Source: an uncultured Phycisphaerales bacterium (GTDB lineage: Bacteria > Planctomycetota > Phycisphaerae > Tepidisphaerales > Tepidisphaeraceae). Taken from it: DNA of 64,000 bases. Numbering within the stretch: position 1 is the first letter of the stretch; every line of letters begins with the position of its first letter. Under the pieces are notes generated by a model, which was given only the letters and a program-made list of their open reading frames with translations, searched no databases and was not told where the DNA came from. Location of the stretch: assembly GCA_963792535.1 (NCBI GenBank), contig CAWBWQ010000001.1:512001-576000 (forward strand). The letters are read 5' to 3'. A program made the position numbers and the translations under genes. Below are positions 32,993 through 44,814 of the stretch, one piece after another.

Positions 32993-33066
32993 CCGCTGGG
33001 TTATGAGGTGTGGGACAGGAAAATCCAAAAGCACCTGTTTTACCTTATGACCCAGCGGTGTTTTCT
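32993..33066 (+). terminator. Long (~25 bp) hairpin followed by TGTTTTCT downstream of the passenger gene
   Basis: CCGCTGGGTTATGAGGTG..GGACAGG pairs with CCTGTTTTACCTTATGACCCAGCGG using several G-U pairs that form only on the + strand. Confidence 0.55.
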
Positions 33067-33203
33067 GGGTCGCGGGGCGGGGTTGTGTTAAGTACACACT
33101 TCCGAAAAATTGTGTCCGAATTCGCCAGTGCGGACCGTTTTACTTGTGTTTAAGCTTTCAACCAGCGCGAGCGGCTTGGCGGAACGTTTTATCGTCATCG
33201 GCT

Positions 33204-33878
33204 TCACAACCGGATAAACTCAATCACCTTTTGATTTCCACCCTGACGCTCGTTCCATTTCAAAACACCCTCGGGCACAGCTGAATAATCGTGCCAGATT
33301 TTTACCGGGCCGCAAATGATTTTCTGCCACAGCGGACGCAGGTTCCAGTTCAGGGGGAGGATGTACGGGTTAAAGCCCGATTGCTCGATCGCCAGTGCAA
33401 AACCGCCCTGGTCGTTGAAGGGCATTCTGCCGATCTCCTGCGTGTTTTGTAATTTGAAAAGAATGGACGAATCCAGCGTCCCTGCATGCTGTTGCCAGAG
33501 ATCAAAGACGGGCCTGGCTTGCCTGGTGAAAAAAAGCACCCCGGTGTTGTACTCGATCATATCACCGCTAAGGCCCGTGTATCGCCGGGCCCAGGGGCAT
33601 TCGCAGATGCAGCAGGCGAGGCCGAACTTGGCCGCTTTCTCAAAACCAAAGTCCAGCCGATCCAGCACCACCGTGTCGACATCCAGAAACAGCGTCTGTT
33701 CAAATGGTGAAATCTGCAGCATGCCGGCCTTGTCCAGCAGCGTGGCATTTTCCGGCATCTGCGCCACCTGCACGGGCAACTCCGGATGATGACGCCGAAC
33801 CGATTCCAGCGACCGCTGAAACGCCGGTTCGACCTCAGCGCCCCACTTCATGTAAAGAATTCCACGCGTCGCGCACAT
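33204..33878 (-). CDS. Putative nucleotide-diphospho-sugar transferase (GT-A fold)
   Basis: SPFEQTLFLDVDT (DxD), YNTGVLFF, NDQGGF, LPLNWNLR, IWH. Confidence 0.7.
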   Translation of the reverse strand: MCATRGILYMKWGAEVEPAFQRSLESVRRHHPELPVQVAQMPENATLLDKAGMLQISPFEQTLFLDVDTVVLDRLDFGFEKAAKFGLACCICECPWARRYTGLSGDMIEYNTGVLFFTRQARPVFDLWQQHAGTLDSSILFKLQNTQEIGRMPFNDQGGFALAIEQSGFNPYILPLNWNLRPLWQKIICGPVKIWHDYSAVPEGVLKWNERQGGNQKVIEFIRL

Positions 33879-34398
33879 GCCCGGTCCTTTTTAAAATGCC
33901 ATCAGGAACCACCAAGATGGCGCACCGATCGCAATGCCATCGCTGGCCCGTTCGGCGAATCGTGGTCAGATTCCATGATGATCCAACAAAAGACGTTGCA
34001 AGACCATGCCTCGCTTAACATATCCCGCTTAAGACGCCAACTGGCACCGTCGCGCCGCCCTTGCATTATTCCCTCGTCGCATTCGGAAAGCGTAGCTGTC
34101 AATAGACGCTATTTTTATTTGCTTGTTATGGGTTTGACTCTGCATCAGGGACAGGTCGGTTCGAATACTACAACTCCGATCTACTTCCTTATCTCTCCCA
34201 GACTCAGACACGGCTGGCCTTGCTTCGCTTCATGCTGTTAGCGTGATGCTTCTGTTAGTGCTTGATCAAGGTAAAGCAGAGCCGCCCCGTTTAGAATTTC
34301 GTAAACCGCGCAGCGTCACGTCCGTATGCTCTCTTACTCCCGCGGTTGCCTCCGCGCCGCGCACTGCCCGCCACTGACTTCATCGATAGGGTTGCACC

Positions 34399-34800
34399 AT
34401 GAAACTATTCATATTGTTTGCCATTGTGTTCGCCATGTTAGTCGGCATTTACACGGAAGCTGCACCTAACGATAAGGACTCTAAGGTTAAATTCGCGACC
34501 GAGGCCGACTTTTACGCCCAGCCTAACTCTGCTGTTGGCATCGAGACTCTCATGGGCCAGCGGGTTAAGCTGGAGATCGTCGTGAAGATCGCCCGTGCGG
34601 TACCCTTAGTAGAAATCGTTCGACAATTCGGCGGCGCGGACGGTGCGAAACCAGAGCCAATTTTGGCCAACATCGTGTCCATCAGCAGCACGCCTGGTGA
34701 ATGGAAGGAAGGTCAACAATTTATTATCAAAGGCATCGTCGTCGACCAGGGGTCCAACGCCTATTCGATCTATCTTCACGAAGCCCAGCGACCGAAATAA
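34399..34800 (+). CDS. Hypothetical secreted protein (possibly OB-fold)
   Basis: Signal peptide MKLFILFAIVFAMLVG; intact 133-aa ORF. Confidence 0.6.
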   Translation: MKLFILFAIVFAMLVGIYTEAAPNDKDSKVKFATEADFYAQPNSAVGIETLMGQRVKLEIVVKIARAVPLVEIVRQFGGADGAKPEPILANIVSISSTPGEWKEGQQFIIKGIVVDQGSNAYSIYLHEAQRPK

Positions 34801-35317
34801 TGTACGAGAGTCGCGCTCCTCGCCACGTGAGCCGCCGAGGGGTGAGGTGCGGCTATCAATTTGTCAATTAAAAAGGTTAGAAAGAGACCAACCCAAGGTT
34901 CGCACTTCGTTAAAAGCACGTGTCCTCTAATTCACTTCGGGGAAGTTAATACGAGTGCGAATTTTCGAATGGCGAAATCAAAAGTTTTGTAAAAAGCCTT
35001 AAACAGTGGCTCTGTTGCAGCACCTAGTCGCCACAGCGTTCCACTATTTGTTGAAATGTATCATCAGTCAATGGACTAGGATATCGAATGGGGAATTTTC
35101 CTTTGCCGTAATCAATCGCAGGAGAGTCTTGCTGGACCGCGAAGTCGAATCGCGATCGGCGAGGCGCGAAATGGGTAAGGCTGATTAATACCGCCTCTGC
35201 ATCGACGTCAACAAATATTCCCGCCGCTTTGATTTGCAGGCGACCGCATTTCACATCGTTGCGTTCTGACCCATAAAGGTTAGCGTCCAGTTTGAATTTT
35301 CTCCCAACGCGGAGCCT

Positions 35318-37006
35318 ATGGCCGGGTATTGGAGAGCGGGCGGCATTAGTGAGGCATGGCGAGGAGGTCGATCGGTGGGTTGCAGTTCGCTTCAATGGTT
35401 CAAGTCTTCGTCTGGATGGCCCGATCAAGCGCGGGTCTGGGTGACGCTCGCACTTCTGCTGCTTCCGGCGGTGACCGCGCGGGCGGCTGTCAAACTTCCT
35501 GCGATTTTTGGCGACCATATGGTGCTTCAAGAGCAGGCGACGCTGCCGGTATGGGGCTGGGCCGAGCCGGGGGAAAAAATCGCGGTAGCCTTTGGCACTC
35601 AGAAGGCAGAGGGGATAACGGCAAGCGACGGGAAATGGCGGGTTGATCTTCCTGCTCTGCCGGTCGGGTCGCCGGCGGGAACGCTTGTGGTTGCCGGGAC
35701 GAACACGGTGATATTTAAAGATGTGCTCGTCGGCGAAGTGTGGCTTTGCTCCGGCCAATCCAACATGGAGCTTCCCCTTTCCAAAGCCGCCGATGGGAAA
35801 GCGGCGATGGCGGCCGCGACGGACGATGGTATCCGTCTTTGCCGGGTGCCGTGGGATATGGCTATCGCTCCGCGCGACGATGTGCGGAGCGCGCCGGCCG
35901 ACGGAGATCTCTGGCAGGTTTGCACCCCGCAGAATGTCGCGACCTTCAGCGCGGTCGGTTACCACTTCGGTCACGACATTCGCGCGCAGCTGCAGCGGCC
36001 GGTTGGCTTGATTGAATCATGTTGGGGCGGCACGCCGTGCCAGGCGTGGACGGATCTCAAGACCCTGCAGTCGGATTCACACTTGAAGCATTACGCGCAG
36101 GCATTTGAAACATTTGCCGCCGGCTTCCCGGGTGGCGATGCCGAGTTCGCGCAGAAGCTTTCCATTGGATTGAAGCCCGGCGAGCGTCCCGGCGCGAGCT
36201 ACGTCCGCCGCGGTTATGGCCCGCATCTGCCGACGTCACTATTTGATGCAATGATCAATCCGATCATCCCGTTCGGGATCAAGGGAGTCATCTGGTATCA
36301 GGGTGAGGATAACGCCGACAACGAAGGCAAAGGCGCGGGTATGGAATATCGCACGCTGTTCCCCGCGATGATCAACGATTGGCGTGGGCTCTGGAAAGAA
36401 GGTGACTTTCCATTTCTGTATGTGCAACTCGCGAATCTTGCTGACCGGCCCAAGGCACACTGGGCAATCGTTCGAGAGTCGCAGCTTGATACTCTTTCGC
36501 TGCCGGCGACTGGCATGGCGGTTACCATCGACATCGGGGCGATCCACAATATTCATCCTCCGGACAAGGCGGATGTCGGCCATCGCCTCTCGCTGCTCGC
36601 CCGCAATATTGCCTACGGTGAGAAGGTCGTCTGCACCGGCCCGCTGTATGATTCGATGACGGTGGAAGGGAATACGATCCGCATCGCGTTCAAGTCTTCT
36701 TCCATCGGTAACGGGCTGACGATTGGCACGCCGCCTTGGATTGATCCGAAGGCTCCGCCACTTTCGGCGACTCTTTTGCAGGGCTTTACTATCGCCGGTG
36801 AGGATCAAAAGTGGATGGCAGCGGAGGCGGTAATCGATGGTAACTCAATCATCGTCTCCAACGCGAGCATCAGTAAACCTGCGGCGGTGCGCTATGCCTG
36901 GGGGGACAGTCCAATGTGCAACCTCTATAACAAAAACGGACTGCCTGCCTCACCTTTCCGAACAGACGTGTGGGAAGTACCCGCGGCGGAAACGCCCGCG
37001 AAATAA
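35318..37006 (+). CDS. Sialate O-acetylesterase (SASA/SGNH) family protein; the start may be GTG 35441
   Basis: LPAIFGDHMVLQ, VGEVWLCSGQSNM, FSAVGY, GVIWYQGE, PFLYVQLAN, NIHPPDK, VRYAW, GLPASPFRTD. Confidence 0.92.
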   Translation: MAGYWRAGGISEAWRGGRSVGCSSLQWFKSSSGWPDQARVWVTLALLLLPAVTARAAVKLPAIFGDHMVLQEQATLPVWGWAEPGEKIAVAFGTQKAEGITASDGKWRVDLPALPVGSPAGTLVVAGTNTVIFKDVLVGEVWLCSGQSNMELPLSKAADGKAAMAAATDDGIRLCRVPWDMAIAPRDDVRSAPADGDLWQVCTPQNVATFSAVGYHFGHDIRAQLQRPVGLIESCWGGTPCQAWTDLKTLQSDSHLKHYAQAFETFAAGFPGGDAEFAQKLSIGLKPGERPGASYVRRGYGPHLPTSLFDAMINPIIPFGIKGVIWYQGEDNADNEGKGAGMEYRTLFPAMINDWRGLWKEGDFPFLYVQLANLADRPKAHWAIVRESQLDTLSLPATGMAVTIDIGAIHNIHPPDKADVGHRLSLLARNIAYGEKVVCTGPLYDSMTVEGNTIRIAFKSSSIGNGLTIGTPPWIDPKAPPLSATLLQGFTIAGEDQKWMAAEAVIDGNSIIVSNASISKPAAVRYAWGDSPMCNLYNKNGLPASPFRTDVWEVPAAETPAK

Positions 37007-37024
37007 AAACGACGGAAGAATTCT

Positions 37025-39576
37025 ATGAAGCTTGGTTACGTCATTGCCTGTGCCACTATTTTGCTCGTTACTCTCTCGACGGCTCACGCCCAGGAGAAGA
37101 CGGGGAGGCAGATGGAATTGCTCAATGGAGCGCAGTGGCAGTTTTTTGGCGCGGGCACGCCCGCCGAGTTGCCCAAGATCGATTCCGATGCGTTCAAGAA
37201 AGCCGCGTGGGCGGATGTTTCTGTGCCGCATAATTTTCAGACGCGAAACGCTTACAACACGCTCACGTGCGGCTGGTATCGGCGGACGCTCAAGGTCGAT
37301 CCTTCATCCGCGGGCAGGGAGCTATATCTGGTCTTCGAGGGAGCTGCCAGCATCGCGGATGTGTATGTCAACGGCCAGCACCTGGGGCAGCATCGCGGGG
37401 CTTATACGCGTTTCATTTTCGATGCGACGAAGGTCCTCCATTCTGGAGACAACGAGTTGAGCTATTCTCGTAGACAATGCACAGGCTGACATGACAGATT
37501 GCCTGCCAGCCGCGACGCAGGGTTTCTTCAAAGTGTGGGGCGGGCTCTATCGCAATGTATGGCTCCTCACAACCGCGCCGGTGCATATCGATCCAACGGA
37601 CTTTGCTGCGCCAGGGGTATACCTGACGCCCAAGGATGTTTCGGCAGATTCGGCCAAGCTGACCATTCGCGTGCTGCTGCGTAATACTTCGCAGAATAAA
37701 GCGACCGCGACAGTGCAATCGAAAATCATCGATCCCGATGGAAAGGTGTTGGCGGGCCCGACCGCGACAGTTGTTGTCGATGCAGCTCAGAAGGCGAGCG
37801 TAGATTTTACCCTGCCTATCGATCACCCCGTGCTGTGGGGTGCGCTGCAGCCACACCTGTATCATGTGGAGACAACCGTTTCCGTTGACGGTCAGGCGGT
37901 GGATGAGGTCACGCAGGCGACAGGTTTTCGCTGGCTTAGCTGGGATTGGAAGGGCGGAAATGTCAGCCTGAACGGCAAGCGCATCATCTTTTACGGTGCT
38001 GATCTACATCAGGAGACTGAGGAGAAGGGATCGGCGGTATCGCCGGACGATCTAAAGTTTAACTTCGACGTGATGAAGGATCTGGGCGTGAACTTTATGC
38101 GCCTGCCTCATTATCCGCACGCTCAATTAGAATATGACCTGTGCGATGAGCAGGGAATCTGTGCCTGGGCAGAGGATGGCCACGCTGGGAAGGATATCGT
38201 CAGCCCCACCGCGGCGCAGATCGCAACGGAGATGGTAAAGCAGAATTATAATCACCCCTCAATTGTCGTCTGGGCCGTGGGCAATGAATCCAACGGCGAG
38301 GTTGCCGATCAATGCGTTCCGATCGTTAAATCCATCGACTCGAGCCGGCCAGTGATTGTTGCTGCGCAGAAATCAGACCTGGCGGATTTTCATTCAAAGC
38401 ACAGCTATGCCGGCTGGTACCACGCGCACATGGCTGACTTCAAGCCCGAGGGATTCATCGACGAAATCGGCGGCGGGGGCGTGGTGACGACGCACGTCGA
38501 CTACGATCAGGCCGACTGGAAAGTGGGCAAATATGAGCCAGAGGAATATCAGCAGATTCCTCTCGGAAAATAACTTCCAGCAGGTGTTTCATGGCGAGGA
38601 CAGCCATCTGGGCATGTTCCTGGTCTGGTGCCTGCGCGATTTCAGCGACAGCAAATACAAGAGTCCGGTGGGAATTAATTCCAAGGGGCTGATCACCTAC
38701 GCGGGGGATAAGAAAGATATCTACTACCTTTACCGCACCTTTCTGCGCCCTGATGTTCCCACCGTCTGGATAACCTCCAAGCGATACTTTCTGCGACGCG
38801 GCTCTGTGAACAATGGCATTAAGGTCTACAGCAATGCCCCACGCCTCACACTGACGCTGAATGGCGAGAAGGTTTCGACGATCGAAAACGGCAAATACGT
38901 CATCCCCGACGGCCCCTGGATCAACCATAACGACAAGCCTAAAAAGGGGGCGAAGCCCTCGGCCAAAAACCAGCCGCAGGTTTACACGCCGGAGAAAATC
39001 GACAATGTTTTTTACTGGCCGGTGCCGCTGCACATGGGGAAGAATGAGGTGACCGCAACCGATGAGCAGGGACACAGCGATACCGCGACGATTTATTTCT
39101 ATGGAGACAACGGTCTGCCCGAGGTTCCGGATTCGCAACTGCCCATCACCGATTTGAAGAGCAGCAACAGCGAGAACCCGGCCTATTTTATAAATTCGCC
39201 GGTGCAGCCGCAGTGGCCTATCTATTCGGATCTGGATTCGACGGGCGACAACTCGACCAATCTTATTCCCCAGGCCGCAGCGGGTTCAGGCTGGATCGCG
39301 CTCAAGCGGGTCACTAAAGAGGGACAGGCGACTGACGTGAGTTTTGCGTTGAAGAAGCCGGCGACGGTGTGGGTGATCTGCACGAAGGGAGATACAACTC
39401 CCGCATGGCTGACTAGTGCTGGATTCACGCAAGCCACGACGGCCTCGTTCGATTGGCGCGGCAATGACGTGATCCTGGTGCCGGCCCGGCTCTATTCTCA
39501 CCGCTATTCTGCTAATGACACTGTGAAGCTGACCCTGGGCGATCGCGATGCGCTGGTCATGGTGAAGCCGGATTAA
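37025..39576 (+). CDS. Glycoside hydrolase family 2, frameshifts at ~37460 and ~38555
   Basis: LVFEGA..IADVYVNG, HRGAYTRF, GGLYRNVWL, RLPHYPH, NHPSIVVWAVGNE, INSKGLITY. Confidence 0.9.
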
Positions 39577-40230
39577 GTGGCTCGTTGCTATCCTTTTTGT
39601 GAGGATCTATCCACGCACTTAGCAACATTCATTGCGCCATTTCGTCATTCGTTAATGAGAGCCCGCGAACCATCAAGTACCCTTGCGAAGATGAGCGCGT
39701 GGTGGTGTTGCGGGCGCTTGAGATCTACCGCGCGCTCAAGTGGGCGCTGAACGATGCAATGCATGGTAAAGGGCTGGTGTTCACGGCGGCGGTGGTGCAC
39801 GACCGCCAGGCGCAAAATGAAGGCGGGAACGTCCGGGTGGGCCAGCACAGGCTGTTGATAACTTATCTGTAATTTGAATCAATCCACGTTCTTCGTAATT
39901 TGAATAGCTTCACGTTACGGCAGGTGAGGGTAGCTTTGGGACTCAAAGCACGTCGGGGGGATTCAATGCTTAGAACGAATAAATCCGTAAAGCTTTGAGG
40001 CTGTGCGCTATAGTGCGTCCGAAATTCTATTGTACCTGGGGCAATCAAGGGGGATTCTGTGCACAGAGATAAAAATATAGAGCATCGAGTTCCTGATAAA
40101 TGGCATCTCGAACAAAAAGCGACCGCCACAGCGATCGGTCTGTCATTTCTGATCAGCATATTAAAGCAGACTGTCTCATTCCGGCGTGAGAGCTTTTCGG
40201 CCGGGGGCGGCGTTTCTGGGGAGCGGTAAT

Positions 40231-43200
40231 ATGAATGACGCAAATAAGCCGATTTCTTTTTCAGAAGTACTGGATGACGAACTGAAATTCATTCAGAAGC
40301 GACGCAAGACGCTTTCGGCAGGGTGCGTTGAATTTCTGGCCGCCATCGACCCCGATACGTTGAAAGAAACTGGAAATGAGCCTGCGGCCGTCGCCGAGGC
40401 GCAAAAAAAATGGGCGGCAAAAAACGCGGCCTTGGGAGAAGCGTGCCCCCGTAAGAATCTTGTGGGTCTTGCCTTATCTGGCGGGGGTATTCGTAGCGCG
40501 ACATTCTGCCTGGGCTTTCTGCAGGGTTTGCATCGCTTCAAGCTTTTGCCGATGTTCGACTATCTTTCGACGGTTTCCGGCGGGGGATTCGTCGGAGGCT
40601 GCTGGAATGCCTGGTTAGCTCGCATGGAGTTTTACCTGGATCTGTCTAACATTAACCTGCCGAAGGATCTGCACCTCGCCAAATTTAAAAGCCTTGAATT
40701 CGATCTGCCGAACAATCGGCTTTGTTGTCACGGCCAATTCCTGACAGAAATCGAACGCAATGAGGTGATCGGTATTTTCGCGCGAGCCGTCGAAGATGCG
40801 AAGAAGGACGATAAGCCGTCGCAGCATGAGCAGTTGTCGCTCGATAAGGTGAAAGAATTTTTCGCTCGGATTGCAGCCGAGCGGCAACCTCGTGATGCAG
40901 AGAAAGTGTTCCCTCCACTGGAGCGGATAGAACTTGAGCCGGATCGCTTGAGCAGATATCTGGGAACCGCCCAGACCGACATGGAGTCGCCCAGCGTCGG
41001 TGAAAGTGGCATGTCTGCCGGTGATGATCCGATCCATCATATTAGGTTGTTCAGCAATTATCTCACACCGCGAAAAGGGTTGCTAAGTACCGATGCATGG
41101 CGTGCCGCCACGGTAGTGATGAGGAACATGGTGATGAACTGGCTGATCGTCATCCCCATTCTGTTCACCGCGATCGCGATACCAAGAATATATTTTGCAT
41201 TTCAACCGCAATGGGCGTTCAGCTTCAGGCAAACCGATAAGGCCCATATCCCTTCCGTGTTAAACCCTGATGGAAAAGGTACTCACTATCCTGACGGTTA
41301 CCCCGTTTATCTTTTGACCAAGGAACTTCAGGAAATAGCCCGTATAAACTCTTCCGGGCGGGTGAATAAAGTCAGCGATGCCGAAAGCGAAAACAAGAGA
41401 CGATTGGAAGCGGACTATCTGAATGTTTTAAAAGGCCGGGCTGTATTCGGCGCGATTCCACTGAGCATTGTTCTGTCCTGGGTCGTGATTCTGTCGATCG
41501 CATGGATGAGTTGCGTGGGCGAAAAGCGCACTAGCCGCGACTGGGCCATGGGGCTGGGAACATTTTGCGCAGGATTTCTGCTGATCGCGTGCCTCATCTG
41601 GTTTTTAAGTGAACCGCTCGCACGGTATATCACGCCTTTGCAACGAATTGGGTCCGATCCGAACAAAATTCAGACGATCAAAAAATCTCCGGTTATTTGG
41701 GCATTGCTCGCCCTTTGCCCGGCGCTATTCATGATCGGCTGGGCGATCTGGCCACTCTACAGCCCTGGTAACCCGGGATATTTGCGGAGCGAGGTCCGTC
41801 AGAATCGAATTTTGCGACTTCAAACGGCGTTGATGATCATATTTGTTATAATGTTCGTTGCCTTGCTGGCATCCGGGTTTGCATATGAAATGTTTGCTTA
41901 TGTCTGGACCGTTTATGGCGGTCCATACGTCCGAGCCGCGGGTATATTCTCGGTGCTCGGAACAGTCGGCGCTACCGGATTCACCGCGTGGAAGGCGGCC
42001 CCCTCTGGGGGTGGCGATCACCGACAAACCCAAGTCGAGCCCGGGGCTGCCAGTCGCATCATTTTTTGGATAACCCCGGTATTGGTTTGGATCCTTCTCC
42101 TGGTGGTTGGAGAAGCGATGCTCCACGCTTTTCTTCGTTACGTCGATATGAAAGCCTACCAGGGCAGCAGGGTAAAACTGCCGCTACCGCCGATATTTAA
42201 ATTAACGGCTGCGGCGGGTATCGGCCTGATGATGTGCGTACTCCTGGCCGCATCTGAAATGAGCTGGAAGACAAATGAGGTCCCAAACCTGCCGCGCAGA
42301 ACCATGACAATTCTGCTGATATTGTGCCTTTTGTTTTTCGAATACGTCCATTTTGCATTTAAACATCACGACCCCAATGATCCAAACTGGGATAACCACC
42401 CGTTGATTGCGATGATCTCAGTCATCGCTGTCGGATCGCTGGTGGTTCTGCGCCTGGTGTTAGACTGGGCCGAAACGACCGGTACGAATGCGACGAGTTT
42501 CAGAAGGCGATTAAAGCCGTTTGCCGATAGCCGCGCAAAATGGATGTCCGCTTTGATATTGGGCGTAGCGATCTCCATCTTCATTTTGATTTTCAAAGTT
42601 TGCGGACTTCACTCTCTACCGGGAGTCGTGCTTCCAAACCAATCGACAGACCATGAAGGTTTCAATGCCGTGCTGAGTTTTGCGCCCTGCGCCGGGAGCA
42701 TCCTGTGCATTATCGTTCTGTTTTTTGAAGTGACCTTCTGCTCGGCTAACAACCGGCGAACCGTGGCACTTCTTCTGGGCATCTGTTCTCTGCTACTTGC
42801 GATGCTGGCGGTGGGTCGGCACGAGTCGTCGCTGGCGGTAGGTTCTGCTGATGCAATCTTCCCCGGAAATCTGCCGGTGTTGAATATCTACGCTTTGATC
42901 GACCTGATCGCCTTCTCACTCTCCTGCGTGGTCGCGGTAGGCTGGACCGCGGATCCGAACGCAATGTCGCTTCACGACTTCTACAAATTTCGTCTGGTGC
43001 GAGCGTATCTGGCGCATCCAATCCGCGCCGGGCAGCACATAACAGCGAGATCACTGAATCAGTCGACGGCGATGACTGTAGAATGACCGACCTGGCCTGC
43101 GGATCTCGCGGAGGGCCATACCAGCTTATCAATTCCACACTGAATCTGGCGGCGTCCCGTGATCTGGCAACCTCGCAGCGAAGCAGCGCGCACTTCCTGC

Positions 43201-44140
43201 TCTCCAAGCTTTTTTGTGGATCGCTGCGCACGGGCTACAGACCGACCTCGCAGTACATGGGGGGTCGCCTGACATTGGGAACCGCCGTCGCCATTTCCGG
43301 AGCCGCCGCGAGCCCGAATATGGGTTCGAAAACGCCCGATGCCGCCGCCGCGGCTCTGCTCGCTTTGCTTAATGTTCGACTGGGTTATTGGGCTCCCACT
43401 CCCAGCCACGGCCGATGGAGGTCTTCGTCGCAAGACTCTGGCCTTTTTACGCGATGCGCGAATTTTTGTCTCAAACCAACGATCTCTCCAGCTATTGTTA
43501 TCTCACCGATGGCGGGCATTTTGACAACACTGGTTTGTACTCACTCATCGAACGAGGATGCCGGTACATAATCTTAGTTGACTGTGGCGCGGATCCGAAG
43601 CCCCCAGTCTTTGAAGATCTCGGCGATGCGCTAAGACGTTGCCGAATTGATTTTGGCACCGAAGTGGATCTGACGCTTGATTCGATGCTGTCAACCCGGG
43701 CTGACAAGAACGACAAAGTGAGTGGCTCACCCGTGCGGCCCTTCACCTTTGGTACGATCACGTATTCCGCGGAGCACGCCAGGCAGTTGCGTTGGAAAGA
43801 TTGCAACGATTTAAATACTCGACAGGGCTGCATCATTTGGGTGAAGCCTTCGGTGATGGCCACGGCCAGCGGGGATGTCCGGCAATATGGATTTGCACAT
43901 CGTGAATTTCCTCAGCAATCGACTGCAAATCAGTGGTTCGACAAAGCGCAGTTTGAAAGTTACCGCCGGCTCGGTGAACAAACGGCACAGTCCATATTCA
44001 ACATCGTTCCATTGCTTCGCGACGCGGCCGATCAATCTGCCTCCACCGTCTTCACGCCCGCTCACGCGGAATGGTTATTCGCGGCGGTGAAGGCCGCAAA
44101 TCGTAGTGTAGCACATAGTAATGATCACCACCAAAGCTAA
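40231..44140 (+). CDS. Multi-TM patatin/cPLA2-like phospholipase, frameshifts at ~43012 and ~43425
   Basis: GLALSGGGIRSA, DYLSTVSGGG (nucleophile Ser), many TM helices, AVAISGAAASPNMG, YLTDGGHFDN, FPQQSTANQWF..FESYRRLG. Confidence 0.85.
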
Positions 44141-44149
44141 ACCAAACTC

Positions 44150-44757
44150 GTGTGGAATGTAAAATTATTCTGGGACTCCGGTAATGAAACACTTTTCGAG
44201 CAGCGTCGCCGATATCGCAAAGCTGAGTTCTCACACGGAGAAGTCGAACGTCCGGCCTTTCCGTGGAGTAATCCAGTTGATTGATGCCAACATAGGACAG
44301 ACGATGTGATAATTTGAATTATGCGTGGAAGTCGATTTCGCATAAGCAGGACATATGGGTGACCTATGACGCCTCTCCTGGCGCGACCCAGTTACCCAAA
44401 GCCCTTGCGCGGATGAAATAGCGAAAGGTCAGCTCGAGTAAAATGGCGGTACATGCCATCGCTTGCTTCGATTTAGAAATGCATGTCTATTATTAGTCGG
44501 CAAGCCATCATCGTCACCATAATAGTCGGCCCTCTCCTCCAAGCGTGCATTGTAGCGACCATGCCGCTAATTCCACTTGCTACGAGTAAAATACGTTTAC
44601 GCTTGTCAATTACACCCACACGCGTAAGCGATTCGGTCAGTGCGGCAGCTCGCCACAGTGAATCGCGCACAGAACCTGGCCGCAATTCACCGATTAGCCA
44701 GAATATGTTGTAATACGGCGGAAGTCGGAGTTCTTTAATTATATCTGACACAAACAC
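44150..44757 (-). pseudogene. Decayed FAD-dependent oxidoreductase
   Basis: KRILLVASGISGMVAT is a degenerate GxGxxG Rossmann motif; downstream frames contain in-frame stops. Confidence 0.45.
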
Positions 44758-44814
44758 CTACCCCAAAAATGATGTCTGAGGCAGACCAACTTATCTCATC
44801 TGCGGAGACGGTCC

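Larger units (their letters stand above)
32693..33104. mobile_element. Non-autonomous IS1595-like element (MITE / mobile insertion cassette), 412 bp
   Basis: 27-bp terminal IRs CGGAAGTGTGTACTTAACGCAATCTCG / CGGAAGTGTGTACTTAACACAACCCCG (24/27); flanking 8-bp near-duplication AAAAATGG / AAAAATTG; no transposase inside. Confidence 0.8.

Noticed and set aside
34125..34185. tRNA-like GGTTCGAAT
   Set aside because: No T-stem, acceptor stem or cloverleaf pairing around it
39660..39850. Possible transposase N-terminal remnant on the + strand (CEDERVVVLRALEIYRAL...)
   Set aside because: Only a vague resemblance; no IRs, catalytic motif or clear start
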